Shown: positions 21,584 through 33,260, counted from the stretch's first letter. The stretch is DNA of 64,000 nucleotides from Pelagomonas calceolata (GCA_918797485.1 CAKKNE010000003.1:4898001-4962000); one strand, 5' to 3'. Notes: a model not told the origin generated them from the letters alone. Program-made: numbers and translations.

Positions 21584-23116
21584 ATGGGCGACAAGCACCT
21601 CGAATCCGAGCGCGTGGTGATTGAGACGTACCTGCAGGAGCACGGCCTCGAGACGACGCTCAACGACGCCGTGAATGCCGTCGTCAAGGCGCGCCCCCGG
21701 GACCCTTACGTTCAGCTCGGCAAGGCGCTGTTGAAGGCTAGCGACGGCGCGGACGCGGTCGCGGCCGTCGCGGCGCGCGAGATCCTTGGAAGTTCCGGCC
21801 GACCGGCGCTCGAGGTCGAAATCGAAACGCAGCGGGGCACGTTTGTCGGCGTGGCGAGCTCGGGGCCCTACGACGACGACGCCGACCGCCACGGGGGCAA
21901 GGGGCTGCTGAAGGCGCGCGATGCCGCGCGCGCCGCGCTCCCGGAGGTCCTGCGCGGCCGCGACGTCGGCGACCAGACCGCCGTCGACGCGATACTGGCC
22001 GAGGCGCTCCAGGACGGTCGCCTCCCGGCGAATGCCGTCGCGGCTGCGTCCGCCGCGTGCTGCGTCGCGGGCGCCGCCCACGCGGACGTCGCGCCGCACG
22101 CGTACATCGCCAAACTCGCCGGCCAGTCGGGCGGGGCGCCGCGGCTGCCGCTGCCCGTCGTCCGCATCGTGGACGGTCAACAGGCCGGCGCCGGCGCGAC
22201 GGGCCTCCACGTCGCCGGCATCTCCGTCGCGCCCGCGTCGTCCTCATCCCTCGAGGAAGCGCTGGATCTCTGCGCCGCCGTGCACGAGAAGGTGCCTGCG
22301 GCGTGCGTGGCGAAAAACGTGCCACCGCCGGCGTTCGGCCGCGGCGGCGGCTACGCGCTCGTCGTGTCTGGAGACCGCGCGGCCAAGGCGCTCGAGGTGG
22401 TCGTCGAGGCCTGCCGCCTCGCCGGCGCCGACGATAAGGTCGCTCTTTCCCTCGAGTGCGGCGCCCACGCGCTCGTCGCAAAAAGCGACGCGGACGACGA
22501 CGACGAGAAGAGCCCTGCCTACGACGTCGAAGCATTCGCGTATGGCGACGCCAGCTTCTCCAAGAGCGGCGCGGAGATGGTCGAGGACTACGCTGCGCTG
22601 CTCGCGGCGTTTCCCGTCGACACGCTCGAGGACCCGTTCGCCGAGCACGACGTCGACGCGTTCGTCCAGCTCAAGGAGCGCCTCGACGCGGCGGCCAACG
22701 GCGACGCCTCCGCGGGCCCGCCACCGAAGAAACGCGGGCCCGTCGGCGGCGACTCGACGTGCGCCGTCCAGCTCGTCGGCGCTGCGTGCTGCGGCGACGG
22801 CGACGCCGTCGACGCTTTCGACGAGCGCAAGACCCTCAACACGCTCAACGTGACGCTGGCCAAGGGACGGACCGTCTCCGGCGCCGTCGCACTCGCCGCC
22901 CACGCGCGCGGCCGCGGCTGGGGTCTCGTCGTCTCCTCCGACGGCGACGACGGCGACGCGTTCGCGGCCCACCTCGCCGTCGGCCTCCGCGCGGGACAGT
23001 TTCGGGCCGGCGGTCTCCAGGGCGCCGAACACGCGGCCAAGTACAACGCGCTCCTGCGCCTCGCAACCGGCGGCCAGCAGGTCGCGTGGGCCGGCGCCGA
23101 CTTCCGCACGGCCTGA
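21584..23116 (+). CDS. Enolase-like protein (ENO4-type) with N-terminal RIIa/Dpy-30-like docking domain; probably inactive
   Basis: YLQEHGLETTLNDAVNAVVKARPRDP; AREILGSSGRPALEVE; LPLPV; LEDPF; AKYNALLRL. Confidence 0.8.
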   Translation: MGDKHLESERVVIETYLQEHGLETTLNDAVNAVVKARPRDPYVQLGKALLKASDGADAVAAVAAREILGSSGRPALEVEIETQRGTFVGVASSGPYDDDADRHGGKGLLKARDAARAALPEVLRGRDVGDQTAVDAILAEALQDGRLPANAVAAASAACCVAGAAHADVAPHAYIAKLAGQSGGAPRLPLPVVRIVDGQQAGAGATGLHVAGISVAPASSSSLEEALDLCAAVHEKVPAACVAKNVPPPAFGRGGGYALVVSGDRAAKALEVVVEACRLAGADDKVALSLECGAHALVAKSDADDDDEKSPAYDVEAFAYGDASFSKSGAEMVEDYAALLAAFPVDTLEDPFAEHDVDAFVQLKERLDAAANGDASAGPPPKKRGPVGGDSTCAVQLVGAACCGDGDAVDAFDERKTLNTLNVTLAKGRTVSGAVALAAHARGRGWGLVVSSDGDDGDAFAAHLAVGLRAGQFRAGGLQGAEHAAKYNALLRLATGGQQVAWAGADFRTA

Positions 23117-23660
23117 GGGGAAAGGTGTCGTGATAGTTTACCACGGGCCCCAAGGAGCGATCCTTGGTTCCAAGTTATTAAGATATGGGGCTGTCTTCAG
23201 GAGCCCGAGTCAAGTTGTGCCACTGAGGGACCACTGCAAGACCGGTGGCCTGGGTCACGGTCAATGGTAGGCTCGACGGCTCAGATGACACGATGGCATT
23301 CCCTCCTGCATCCTGATACAGTGATACAGCATATCTAATCAACCATTATTACCAGTTTGAACAAAGGGCATTGCGTTCGTTCACGGACGCCTCCGAGTCA
23401 CACTCGCAGTTTCCGAGTCGTCGGAGTCACAACAAGGATACCTCGCATTGCGAATGGGCTACGCCGGAGCAGGTGTCATCCCAATGATCCGAATTTTTTG
23501 CTTTGAGTCTCCGCCCTTCGCGCGCATGGCCCGGGCACCGCCGACCTACGAGGAGAGGAGGTGGTTTTTAAATTAAATCGAGGGAGCCCAAAAGGAGGCT
23601 CCTCGGAGCCCTCTCCCCGCGGACTCGGTCAGCAACAGTGGTCCCGCCGAGTGTAAAGTG

Positions 23661-26059
23661 CTAGTACGTTAGGCGCCAGCCGGGGTCGACGTGCTGGCGC
23701 ATGGCGTGGAGGGCCTCGGGGAGCGAGGCGAAACTGGCGAGGAGTGCGTCCTGCGGAATCACGTAGACCTTCGACGGCGCGACGGCGCGCGCCGAGACGC
23801 GCGACCGCGAGTCGATGCCGAGCGCCGCGGGCTGGCCGAACGAGCCGCCCGGCTGGAGCGTCTCCTCGGTGGCCTCGGCCCGACCGTCGTCTCCACAGCG
23901 CTTCACCCGGACCTTGCCGCTGTAGAGGACGAACATCGAGCCGCAGCGGTCGCCCTCGGCGACGAGGGGCTCGCCGGCGCGAAAGTGGACGAGGCGGACG
24001 ACGTCGATGAGCTTGCAGAGCGCGCCGCGCGGCAAAACCCCGAACAGGTCGTTGTGGCGGATGCAGGACGGCAGCACGTGGTCCGCGATCTTCTCGCGCG
24101 ACACGGGGTCGAGGTCGTCGATGATGGCGCGCTCGTCGAACGCCGTCCGGTGGCTGAAATACGTGCGGTAGTAGCGGCGCACGTGGCGACGCACGTGGAG
24201 GGGCACCTGGTGGTACGTGAGCCAGCTCCGCAGCGTGTCCATCTTCTGGTAGTAGGGGCCGCGCTGCGCGTCGAAGTCCGCGACGACGCGCGTCGCCTGG
24301 GCGACGACGTAGCCGTAGAAGCCGCCGCCGACGATCATCGCGAAAATCGTGAAGGCGCGCTCCGAGTCGGTGATCGGCACGACGTCGCCGTACCCGACGG
24401 TCGTCATGGTCGTGATCGCCCAGTAGACGGCCGCGAGATATTGCCGCCGGACGCTCCACGCGTCCGCCGGCGCGCCGCCGTACGGCGTCCCGCGCGTCGC
24501 GTCCGCCAGCGCCCTCCGCGCCGCGGCCGCGTCGTCGTCGGGCGCCGGCGCGCGCGCGAGGCGCTGGCGCGGGTAGTAGGCAGTTAAATGCTGTCGCCCG
24601 GCTACTGAGAATAGGCACCCGAGGTAGTGCGCCAGGACCATGAACGCGACGAGCACGTTCGCCGTCCGGCGGAGCGCTTTCGAGTACGACGACGCGAAGA
24701 AGTCCTCGCAGAACTCGGCGAGCGCGCCGTCCTCATTCCGGAACCTGTGTGCAAATCCCGCGGTGAGCCCCCTAATCTTCACAAACTCATTCTTGGCCGT
24801 GAAATTCGATTTGCGCGCTGTCCGGAACCGGAGGAACTTCGCGAGTCGCAGCATCTTCATGAGCTTCATGATGCGCAGGAGCCGCACGAGCTTCACGCTC
24901 CGGAGCGGCGAGAGGTTGCCGCCCGACCCGGCGGCGACAAGATATGTGACCCAGCCGAAGATCGGCGGCACGCTCGAGACGAAGTCGAGCGCGAACCACG
25001 TCGCAAGGTAATGCCGCCGCGACCGCGCCGGGTCGAGGTCGACGACGCCGGTCTCGCGGCGGACGTAGCCCGTGCGAAAGTTGAGCGCGAGGTCGGCGAT
25101 GAAAAAGACGTCCGTGATCCAGTCCAGCGCGTTTACCAGGGGCGGCTTCGACGCGCCTTGCACGTCGCCTGCGTAGAAATCAACGAGGTGATGCGCCCGA
25201 GGAAGCTTCAGAACCCTTGGGTGGAACGTGTCGGTTCCTGTTTGGACGACAGGACAGCCCGCCCTGTCGATCATTCACGAGAAAGCGGTCGAAAAGGGAC
25301 CGTGGAAGCTTGATTTCTCCACTGGCCCTCGCCGCTCTCCGACGCAAAGTACGACGGCCAGCCGAGGCGCAGCGGCTCGATGACCGCGACGTAGACGAGC
25401 AGCAGCGCCGTCGCCAGGTCCCAGCCGACGCGGAACCTTCCGTGCGGCGAGATCATCCCGACGTGCGTCGCGTTCGGATCGACCCAGACGCCGCCGTCGT
25501 CGTCGCCGCCGCCGCCGAGCGCGTCTTGGATCTCGGCCGCCCACGCGACGCGCCGGAGGAGCGGGTGCCGACTCTCCATGAGGCTGATGAACTCCATCTG
25601 GTCCATCGTCCCGTCGCCGTTCTCGTCGACGCTCCTAAATAGGGCTTTCGCCTCGCGGAGCGTCAAGCCGCCCGGGTCGGTCGAGGCGACGCCTGCCGCG
25701 AACTCGTCCGCGTCGACCTCGCCGTCGGCGTCGGCGTCGAGCGCTTTGAAGCGCTCGATTAGCAGCCGGCGGTGCGCCTTGCGCTGCGCCTCCTTGCCGT
25801 TCGCCGAGGCCGCGGGCTCGCTTTCCTCGGCGGCGCCGCCGTCGGCCGGCGCGCGCCGCCGCCGCGCGATCGTCGACAGGCGCGCCGCGATCGCCTCGAG
25901 GCGCCGCTCGTCGAGCGCGCCCTCGGCGGCGGCGAAGGCCTCGAGAGCCGCGACGCTGCCCTCGGCGGCCGCGACCAGCGCGGTCCCCAGCGGCGTTGTT
26001 GCTGGCGTTGTTGTGGGCCGGCGCGCCTCGGGTGGCGGGCCCGGTGCGATTTGCGCCAT
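23661..26059 (-). CDS. Cyclic-nucleotide-binding K+ channel (KCNH/HCN-like) with two EF hands; introns 25169-25332 and 24745-24828
   Basis: [13 protein letters not shown] and DENGDGTMDQMEF; S4 LVRLLRIMKLMKMLRL; pore TMTTVGYGD; cNMP domain GSMFVLYSG..GGSFG. Confidence 0.9.
24745..24828 (-). mobile_element. Introner element forming an 84-nt GT-AG intron
   Basis: Perfect 8-bp TSD GTTCCGGA; TIR CAGCGCGCAAATC vs CTGTGTGCAAATC. Confidence 0.85.
25169..25332 (-). mobile_element. Introner-like 164-nt GC-AG intron
   Basis: TIR CAGTGGAGAAATCAA vs CTGCGTAGAAATCAA; degenerate TSD; removal joins the two channel ORFs in frame. Confidence 0.75.
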
Positions 26060-26576
26060 GGCGGATCTCTTGCGGTCCGCGGTTTTTGCGCCTGTACCCC
26101 AGGAATGCGTGCCGGAGCGGCTATCTCTTTTTTGATGGCGAGTTTTGTATTTTGTACCTGCTATGATATGGACCACGTATCCTTGTATTTACGCCTATGG
26201 AGCTCCGGGTTTTCAACCCAGCCGCTTTTGGCAGTCAAGGCAGGGGATTTATATCCCTAAGCTGGGCTTAGCCCCCAGATAAAATACGTCCTGTTCGACC
26301 TGTCGCAGATCAATAGAATGATCATCTGTTGGCCGGGCGGCGACTCCGACTCGGAGTCGGCCCGGAGCCAAACTTGAACTGCCAGTGTTATCAGTTTGCT
26401 CAGGCACTGCCAAAGGGACTTTTGGTAATTCCCCTGAAGGTGTGGGGTTATCCCCGGAACTTCTTGTTCACCCCGGCCTTCGAAGCCTATTGATGGGTCG
26501 TTACGATCATGATCCCGGGCCCCCGCGGCGCCCGGCCCGGCGGGCCGCCGGGCCGGCGGCCGCGCCGGCGCCCGTG

Positions 26577-26744
26577 TAGGGTCCTAGCTCACCAGCCGAG
26601 GGCTGGGCCAACCTAACTACGAAGGTGTTTTATAGTAAATTGTTGTTACAACGTAGTGCAATAGACATTCGCTGTATAGACTCAAATTTAGAGAGTGGGA
26701 GATACATATCTAGGGTAGGAAGGGCTAGTAGGTTTCTCTCTCTA
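26577..26744 (-). mobile_element. Copia LTR 'R', partial
   Basis: Matches 8316-8487. Confidence 0.75.
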
Positions 26745-27628
26745 GTATAGTACCGTAGGTTAGGTTCCTCGCTGTTACACAAGCGAGGGTTTATACCGCA
26801 CAATCCCACTTTTAGTAACCGGGCACCTACCGCAGCCCACACGCCATCCCAAGCCACCAAATTTGGCACGCGGTGCACTTACATAAAGTTGGTAGGGTAG
26901 CCCAATTTTGGGCTGCAGCGGAGCCCCTCGCGTCGCGCACGGAGCAGCGGAAGAAATGCGCATTTCTCGATCTCGGCCTATACGCGCGCTCGAGGGACGG
27001 CGACTGCTGCGCTGGGACGCTCGACCACCTATTCCTATAGAAAGTGGCCTTTGTTTCGACGCTGCGGGCCCAGAAGGTGACCGAATTGCGTGACTTTGTC
27101 TCCTCTCTCTCGGTGTCCGAGATGCGTTCCAATCTGGTGCGGGCTGCGTCAACGACGCCTGCGTGGGTAACTACGCACCTGTGTACGTACTGGCGGAGGG
27201 TTAGGGGACGCCTCTTCCACGGGTGGACTTGAAGGGGACTTGGGACCGCGGTGGATTTGGGCCTAAGCCACCGCCGCCGGGGTCGACCCGCGTCGGGGGC
27301 CGCCAGCGGGCGCGAAGCAGTCCCCGCCAACCACGTACGGCAGAGATGGGAGTCGAGCGCGCGAGCCGAAGCTCGGGAGCGGTTCTTATGGTGCGGGTTT
27401 TACAAAAAGAGAAAAAAGGGAAAGGACTGAGGCGAAGGAGATTAATCCTACAGCGAGGACCGGCGAGCGCTGCTCAGCGAGCCAATACGTAAACAAGTAT
27501 AGTATACCACACACGTTCTATCAGATGCTTCATTTGGTCACTGCTACTTGCTGCGTGCCTGCCTCATAAAGATCATTAGGAGGACCAATTATGCACATTG
27601 CGCGCGCACGCGGCTAGCCATCGTCCTG

Positions 27629-28291
27629 ATGGAGAGGGCCTCGCTCCACGAGGCCCTGGCACCGTGCGGTACGCTCGCGACGGTCGCGCCGCGGACCGGC
27701 CCCGACGGCCGCGCGGAGACGTTCGCGGCCGCGTTGGAACGCGTCGCGGCGGCGGCGGCGGCCGTCGGGGCGCGCGTCGGGTCGTGGGACGTCGAGGTCG
27801 CGTTTCACCTCCTCCCGGACAGCGCCGCCTTCCGCGAGGTGTACGCCGTCCGGTTGGAGAAGGGCGGTGGCACGACGTTCTGCGGCCGGACCGGCGCGGC
27901 GGCGGGCGCGCGCGTCGTGGCGTGCGGCGCGACGACGGCCGCGGCCGTCGTCGGCGCCGCTGGCGTCGACGCGCCGCGCGCCGCGGCGGTTTTTTCTGGG
28001 TCCGTTTTCGCGTGCGGCGACTTCTGCGCGCGCGTCGGGCTTTTGTATCGGAACGGCGCGGCACGTTCGCTCGTCGTCGCGGTCCGGTTCGCGCCTCTTT
28101 CGCGCGGCGGCGGAGCCGCGGAGCGGAACTTCCTCGAAGCGTGCCTAGGACTCGACCCCGCGGGCATCAGGATCCACGCGCCGTTGGCGTCTGCCGAAGT
28201 CGGTGGCGGCGGCGACGACGACCGGCCCCACATCCGCTCCGTCCTCTGCCTCGTCCGTTGTTTTCGGGCCGTGTGCTACGGAGCTTCCTAG
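27629..28291 (+). CDS. MED20: Mediator subunit 20-like
   Basis: FSGSVFACGDFCARVG..SLVVAVRFAP resembles Med20 G..F.LGDF.VRVG..G.LVEVEY.P; size fits. Confidence 0.6.
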   Translation: MERASLHEALAPCGTLATVAPRTGPDGRAETFAAALERVAAAAAAVGARVGSWDVEVAFHLLPDSAAFREVYAVRLEKGGGTTFCGRTGAAAGARVVACGATTAAAVVGAAGVDAPRAAAVFSGSVFACGDFCARVGLLYRNGAARSLVVAVRFAPLSRGGGAAERNFLEACLGLDPAGIRIHAPLASAEVGGGGDDDRPHIRSVLCLVRCFRAVCYGAS

Positions 28292-28831
28292 GCGCTCGCG
28301 TTGCCTTGCTTGTAGCACAGGGAGGGGCTTGAAGAAGGCTATGCCATTCACGAGCTTGAGCGCGGCGACTGGGTGGGGGCGTACTGAGTCCAGCCTCAGC
28401 TCTGACCCGCCTGAAGTCCGGCGACCGAAACCAAAACTTACCTAGCTGAGTGCTCAAGAGAAGAAAGTAAGATACTAGTAGATTACGCCCCTGCTCTCAC
28501 TTAGTATGCTCTCACTGGCATACTTGCTCTCACCTAGCGGACCGTTTCTCACCTAAAAACGCCGTAGTAACTACGGCACCCCAGGTCTCTCACTGAGCCT
28601 CTCCGCGCGCCTCAGCCTCAGGCTGAGGCTGAAGTTGGCACTGCCCGGGGCACCGTGACTGGCTAGGTTCCCACTTACTGGTTAATAACCGGGTATTTAC
28701 CTATTATTACCCCTCGGAGGGGATCTGGAGTGCATAACCCGGTCATTAACCTAGATAGCTATAGTCGATTCGGGTTTTGGGGGCACGCGCCTAGGGAGGG
28801 GTGTAGAGGGGGCCGGGGCGACTGAAGTAGC

Positions 28832-29825
28832 TCTAGAGCTACTTCAGTAAGTAACCCTACCCCCCTACTATAATAGGGTTAGTTTAAATCATACTAGGCC
28901 CATACCCGGGGTTACTTTAAATCATACTAGCCCCTAACCCGAGTTACTTTAAATCATACTAGGCCCATACCTGGCTTAACTGGGATCTCATAACCGCAAT
29001 CCTTGTACTTTAATTGCTCTATGCGGCTCTCCACAGCCTTTAGAATACGCTGCGCCTCCTATGCACACGATTTACCCATGGCTGCTGCATCACACGCATT
29101 AGAACTGTTGCGCAACACGTCAAAGCGTAGCGCTGCTCCATTGCGACACATTGCCGTGATCAGAAACGCCATCGACGCCATTCTCAATCGCCGCATAAAA
29201 AAATTGTAGCACTCATCACTAAATTATCGCTAAGGTTACTTCAAAACCTACTAGGATAACAGTAGAACAGTGGGACTTTTTTACAAAACTTTTTTTTTTT
29301 CAGATTATACTCATATGTTACTCATATGATATCATACATATATGATACTCTATACTCAAAAAAAAAAAGATAGTAAAAAGTCTCACTGTTCTACTGTAAA
29401 TTTAGCGATAGTCTAAATAAACCCGAATTTAGCGATAATTTAGTGATGAGTGCTACAATTTTTTTATGCGGCGATTGAGAATGGCGTCGATGGCGCTTGA
29501 TCACGGCGTGTCGTGTCGTAATGGAGAGCGCCGCGCGACGTGTTGCGCCACGCCAAAACGCGTAAGATGCAGCAGCAGGCGGTAAATCGTGTGCATAGGA
29601 GGCGCAGCGTATTCTAAAGGCTGTGGAGAGCCGCATATATACAATTAAAGTACGCCGATTGCGGTCGCAGATCCCAGTTAAGCCAGGTATGGGCCTAGTA
29701 TGATTTAAAGTAACTCGGGTTAGGGGCTAGTATGATTTAAAGTAACCCCGGGTATGGGCCTAGTATGATTTAAACTAACCCTATTATAGTAGGGGGGTAG
29801 GGTTACTTACTGAAGTAGCTCTAGA
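28832..29825. mobile_element. Foldback element with ~400-bp inverted arms and ~30-bp tandem subrepeats
   Basis: 28832-29233 is the reverse complement of ~29430-29825; three TTTAAATCATACTAG units per arm; AT-rich core. Confidence 0.8.
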
Positions 29826-29855
29826 CAGTTAACCTAGGACCCCGAGGCAATTTTC

Positions 29856-31028
29856 TTAATTAGGCTCACTGCTGACGTTGTAGTCGAAGAAGCCGAGGAG
29901 CGAGGTGTAGGAGTTCCGATCAATGGTTGTGGGCAGGGTAGTATTGTACGGCAGCTGCGGGATAAAGGCGGTATGGCAGAACTCCGGGATCGGCATCTGC
30001 TCGTGCGATCCGCACCCGGAATGGTTGCATAGCAGGCGCCCGCGCGGCGTCGGACGACGCCCGCCAGCACCTGGCGTGCGATAGGGGTCGATTCCCGCGC
30101 CGAGGCCGGGGAGCCACTCTTCGAGCGCCACAGGCACGCGCCTTGGCTGGTCGCAGAGATCCTCGTAGCGCAAGACGAAGGCGTGGCGCCGGCCGTACTT
30201 TCTCGCGATCTTGCGTACGACGTCCATCCTGCTTGCGTGGTTGTCGGTGTTTGTGGCGTGCTGGTTGCACGGGGACCTGACAATGACGACGAACCGGACC
30301 TCGGTATCGTTGCGTGTGAATTGCCGGAACAAGTGGTCGGGGTGGAGGATCTCGGGAGGCGAATTCTCGAGAAAGATTGGCTTGCTGTGGTCCCAGTGGC
30401 TGTTGTACGTGCGCTCCAAGTGCTGCCACGGGATCCATGTGTCGTCGTCGGCCCAGCGTTGATGGCCGTCTATTTGCTGCCCGTCGGGAATCTTGCCCCT
30501 TTTCAGGCCGTCGACTGACCAGCCCTCCTTCTTGGGGCCCAACGTGTTCGGATCTATGAGCGTCGAGACTGCTGGCGCCTGCGCGAGGAGCCAATGGATC
30601 GCGCTCGTGCCGGAGAACGCGTAGCCGAGGAGGAACACAATGACGTGGCGTGGCGGCGGCGCATGCGTGCCGTTCCAGGGCCGCGCCACCGTCGCGGCGA
30701 CGTCATGTACCGTCTTGGCACCACGTGCTGCGCGCCCAAGCCCCAGGCCCGCCTCCTGGCACCGGATTGACCACTCGGTCGCGGCAAGCCTTCGTACCCT
30801 TGGGTCTCGAGTCTCGGACGCTAGCGCGGCTCCGTCGAGGACCGGGCTCGCGCGCCCGCGACGCAGACGCCGCCCCGCGCGTTTCTTGTCGTCGGCCATG
30901 GTGTCTGGAGTGCTTTGAAATTGTCCCATGGCGCGGAGAGGCGGTATGGGGTGCGACACGTTGCGCCGCCACGGCGCGAGCTCGTCGGCGGCGGCGGCAG
31001 CCGCCAGCAGCCCCGCAAGCAGCCTCAT
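29856..31028 (-). CDS. Secreted/Golgi sulfotransferase (Sulfotransfer_3-like)
   Basis: Signal peptide; LGYAFSGTS; FLENSP; VIVRSP; LRYEDLCDQP. Confidence 0.75.
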   Translation of the reverse strand: MRLLAGLLAAAAAADELAPWRRNVSHPIPPLRAMGQFQSTPDTMADDKKRAGRRLRRGRASPVLDGAALASETRDPRVRRLAATEWSIRCQEAGLGLGRAARGAKTVHDVAATVARPWNGTHAPPPRHVIVFLLGYAFSGTSAIHWLLAQAPAVSTLIDPNTLGPKKEGWSVDGLKRGKIPDGQQIDGHQRWADDDTWIPWQHLERTYNSHWDHSKPIFLENSPPEILHPDHLFRQFTRNDTEVRFVVIVRSPCNQHATNTDNHASRMDVVRKIARKYGRRHAFVLRYEDLCDQPRRVPVALEEWLPGLGAGIDPYRTPGAGGRRPTPRGRLLCNHSGCGSHEQMPIPEFCHTAFIPQLPYNTTLPTTIDRNSYTSLLGFFDYNVSSEPN

Positions 31029-31085
31029 CGGCGCCGCAGGAACTGCGCAGCGCTGACGGTGGGCGCGGGCGCACGTCGCCTTTTT

Positions 31086-31244
31086 CTAGTGTGCTGTTGG
31101 TGTTGATGCTGTTGTTGTTTTGATCATAAGAAAGAGAGAAAGTATAAGTATAATTTAAGTAACTCCCGGGTTTCCGTGGTGGCCCCGGTGCTGGGAGTGT
31201 GGGACTGAAAAACAACAACACCAGCAGCACCAACAGCACACTAG
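31086..31244. mobile_element. MITE-like inverted repeat
   Basis: ~36-bp imperfect TIR CTAGTGTGCTGTTGGTG...CACCAACAGCACACTAG. Confidence 0.6.
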
Positions 31245-31374
31245 GATTTTTTTCCTACTAGAAATGTCGGTATTTGATTGGTAGTTGGAATTTTACCCGG
31301 GGGCATGCCCCAGACGCAGAGCAACGCGAGTGACGCGGATTGTGGCGTTTTGTATCGCAGAAAAGCGAGGTTGG

Positions 31375-31535
31375 GGGGCTAGTAAGATTCAAAGTAACCC
31401 GGGGTTAGGGTTAGGTAGGATTAGGATTAGGGTTAGGGTTAGGGTTAGGGTATGGGGCTAGTAAGATTCAAAGTAACCCCCTATTATAGTAGGGGGTAGG
31501 GTTACTTACTGAAGTAGCTCTAGAGCTACTTCAGT
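31375..31535 (+). repeat. Foldback-arm fragment with (TTAGGG)n tract and 28-bp palindrome
   Basis: TTAGGG run 31405-31450; ACTGAAGTAGCTCTAGAGCTACTTCAGT at 31508-31535, also at 28821-28848. Confidence 0.75.
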
Positions 31536-31617
31536 GGCGGGGGCAGGGAGCTAGCATGGGTCACACGGTGTCTAATCTGACTGTAGCCTAATTCTTACTC
31601 CTACGCTGGTCAACGCG

Positions 31618-32874
31618 TCAGCGCCGCCGCGTCGTCTTGAGCTCGAGCCAGGCGGTAATGAACTGGGAGGAGTTCATGCCGTATCCGTCGTCGGGGCGGC
31701 CGTAACCGTCGTGGAACCGGTGGACTACCGGCGGCCAGATGACAAAGGCGCGAAGGACGCGGTCGGCCGCGAGTCGCGCGAGCGTGAGATCGAACTGACC
31801 CTCGTGGAACGGGCCGAGCGAGGGGTCGCCGTCGACGACCGAAGCGAGGGTCGCGGCTAGCGCAGGCGTGTATCTCACGGCGAGGGCGTCGGAGCACCGC
31901 GGGTCCACGGCCCGCGCGAGCGCCGCCGTCGTGCCCGAGAGCGCGACGACGGCGCGGCGCTCGACGGCGACGGCGACGTCGCGCGCGCCCGTCCGGGCGA
32001 GTTTTCTGGAGCTCGGGCGCTTCCGGCGCCGCGGCGCGGCCGCGTCGGCGTTGCAGCCGGGATCGTGACTCCTGTTGAACGCGTACTCGTTGAGGCCGAC
32101 CTCGTCGCCCGCGAGACCGCCGCCGAGCCTGGCCGTCGACGAGTCCGTCAGCGCGTCGGCCCACCAGAGGCACTCGCCGCAATGCGCCGCGTAGAGAATG
32201 TCCCAGTTGCCGAAGAGACCCGTGTCCGACTCGAGATAGCGCAGGGCGTCGTTGAGGACACTCACGCCCCCGGGCAGCACGACGGCGTCGTCCTCCAACA
32301 CGAGCGCCACCTGTGCACAAATCAAACAGTGAGTCGGGTGTCCATATAATGAAGATGGCGTGCAGCTGACGCGTCGCGAAAAGTTGATTTGTGCACCGGA
32401 CCAGACGGGGTGGCGCTTGGGCGACTCGGTCGCCCAGTCGACGAGCGCGTGGACAAGGTGCCGCATGCCGGTGCCCTTGGACCACCGCCTGAGCATCGCC
32501 TCGCGCGTCGAGACTCTCTCGGGAGCGTAGACGACGTGGATGTCGTCGTTCGTCAAGCGCAGCGCGCGGAGCTGGAGCTTGAGACGCTCGAGCTCGGCCG
32601 AGCTCGTTCCGTTCGAGCCGCGCGTCGACAGCACGAACGCCCGATCCAGGTGCCCGAACTCGCCGATCGCGCGCCGGCCCCGCGCGTCCGCGTGGCGCAG
32701 GAGGACGGCCAGCAGCCCCACCAGCAGAACGACAAATCCCGCGATGAGCCGCACCTCCGCGCGTGCGCTGTACTTCTCGGGCCGCACGCGAGCGGCGGGT
32801 GTCGTTGGGAGGTCGACATCCGGTTCTTCTTCGTCCTTGGTCGCGCGCCGGCGCGACGACGACGCGCTATCCAT
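31618..32874 (-). CDS. Type II membrane GT25-like glycosyltransferase; 96-nt introner intron 32311-32406
   Basis: N-terminal TM helix; VALVLEDDA; WDILYAAHCGE; AFVIWPPVV; intron TIR C[G/T]GTGCACAAATCAA. Confidence 0.75.
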   Translation of the reverse strand: MDSASSSRRRATKDEEEPDVDLPTTPAARVRPEKYSARAEVRLIAGFVVLLVGLLAVLLRHADARGRRAIGEFGHLDRAFVLSTRGSNGTSSAELERLKLQLRALRLTNDDIHVVYAPERVSTREAMLRRWSKGTGMRHLVHALVDWATESPKRHPVWSGAQINFSRRVSCTPSSLYGHPTHCLICAQVALVLEDDAVVLPGGVSVLNDALRYLESDTGLFGNWDILYAAHCGECLWWADALTDSSTARLGGGLAGDEVGLNEYAFNRSHDPGCNADAAAPRRRKRPSSRKLARTGARDVAVAVERRAVVALSGTTAALARAVDPRCSDALAVRYTPALAATLASVVDGDPSLGPFHEGQFDLTLARLAADRVLRAFVIWPPVVHRFHDGYGRPDDGYGMNSSQFITAWLELKTTRRR

Positions 32875-32988
32875 GTGCTAGTGACCCATGGCCGCACACC
32901 ATCCGTTCGCGCGCGGTGCAGCTCGACTCGAGTTCGTCCCTTGTTTTGTACCGGTACCGTAGGTACTAAAAATTGATACCGTTCCTAG

Positions 32989-33260
32989 TACAGCGATTGT
33001 GCTATGATGCTGTAGTTATCTTTATCTAGAGCTCCTCACAGGTTCTAGTAGATATCAGAGGCTAGTGGCCTGTATCTTAGGATACTTCCTTCTCCCTCTT
33101 AATCTCCTTTATTCCAATTCTGTCTTCTCAGAGTTGAGGGGGTTCCCACACTCTCACGTTTCAGTGAGAGTTCTTCCTGTTGGCATCTCCGTGTCATATT
33201 GACACCCGAGAGACCTAGCTACCACAGCTGCATTGTGCACTTGCTGCACCCAGCTCATTA
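32989..33260 (-). repeat. Third dispersed LTR-like repeat family
   Basis: Copies or fragments at 5059-5200, 6371-6390, 12890-13010, 16962-16979, 33362-33500, 44125-44392; one sharp end ...CAATCGCTGTA. Confidence 0.65.

Noticed and set aside
26775..27492. Overlapping ORFs between the LTR and MED20
   Set aside because: No recognisable motifs or coding-type codon bias; left unannotated.
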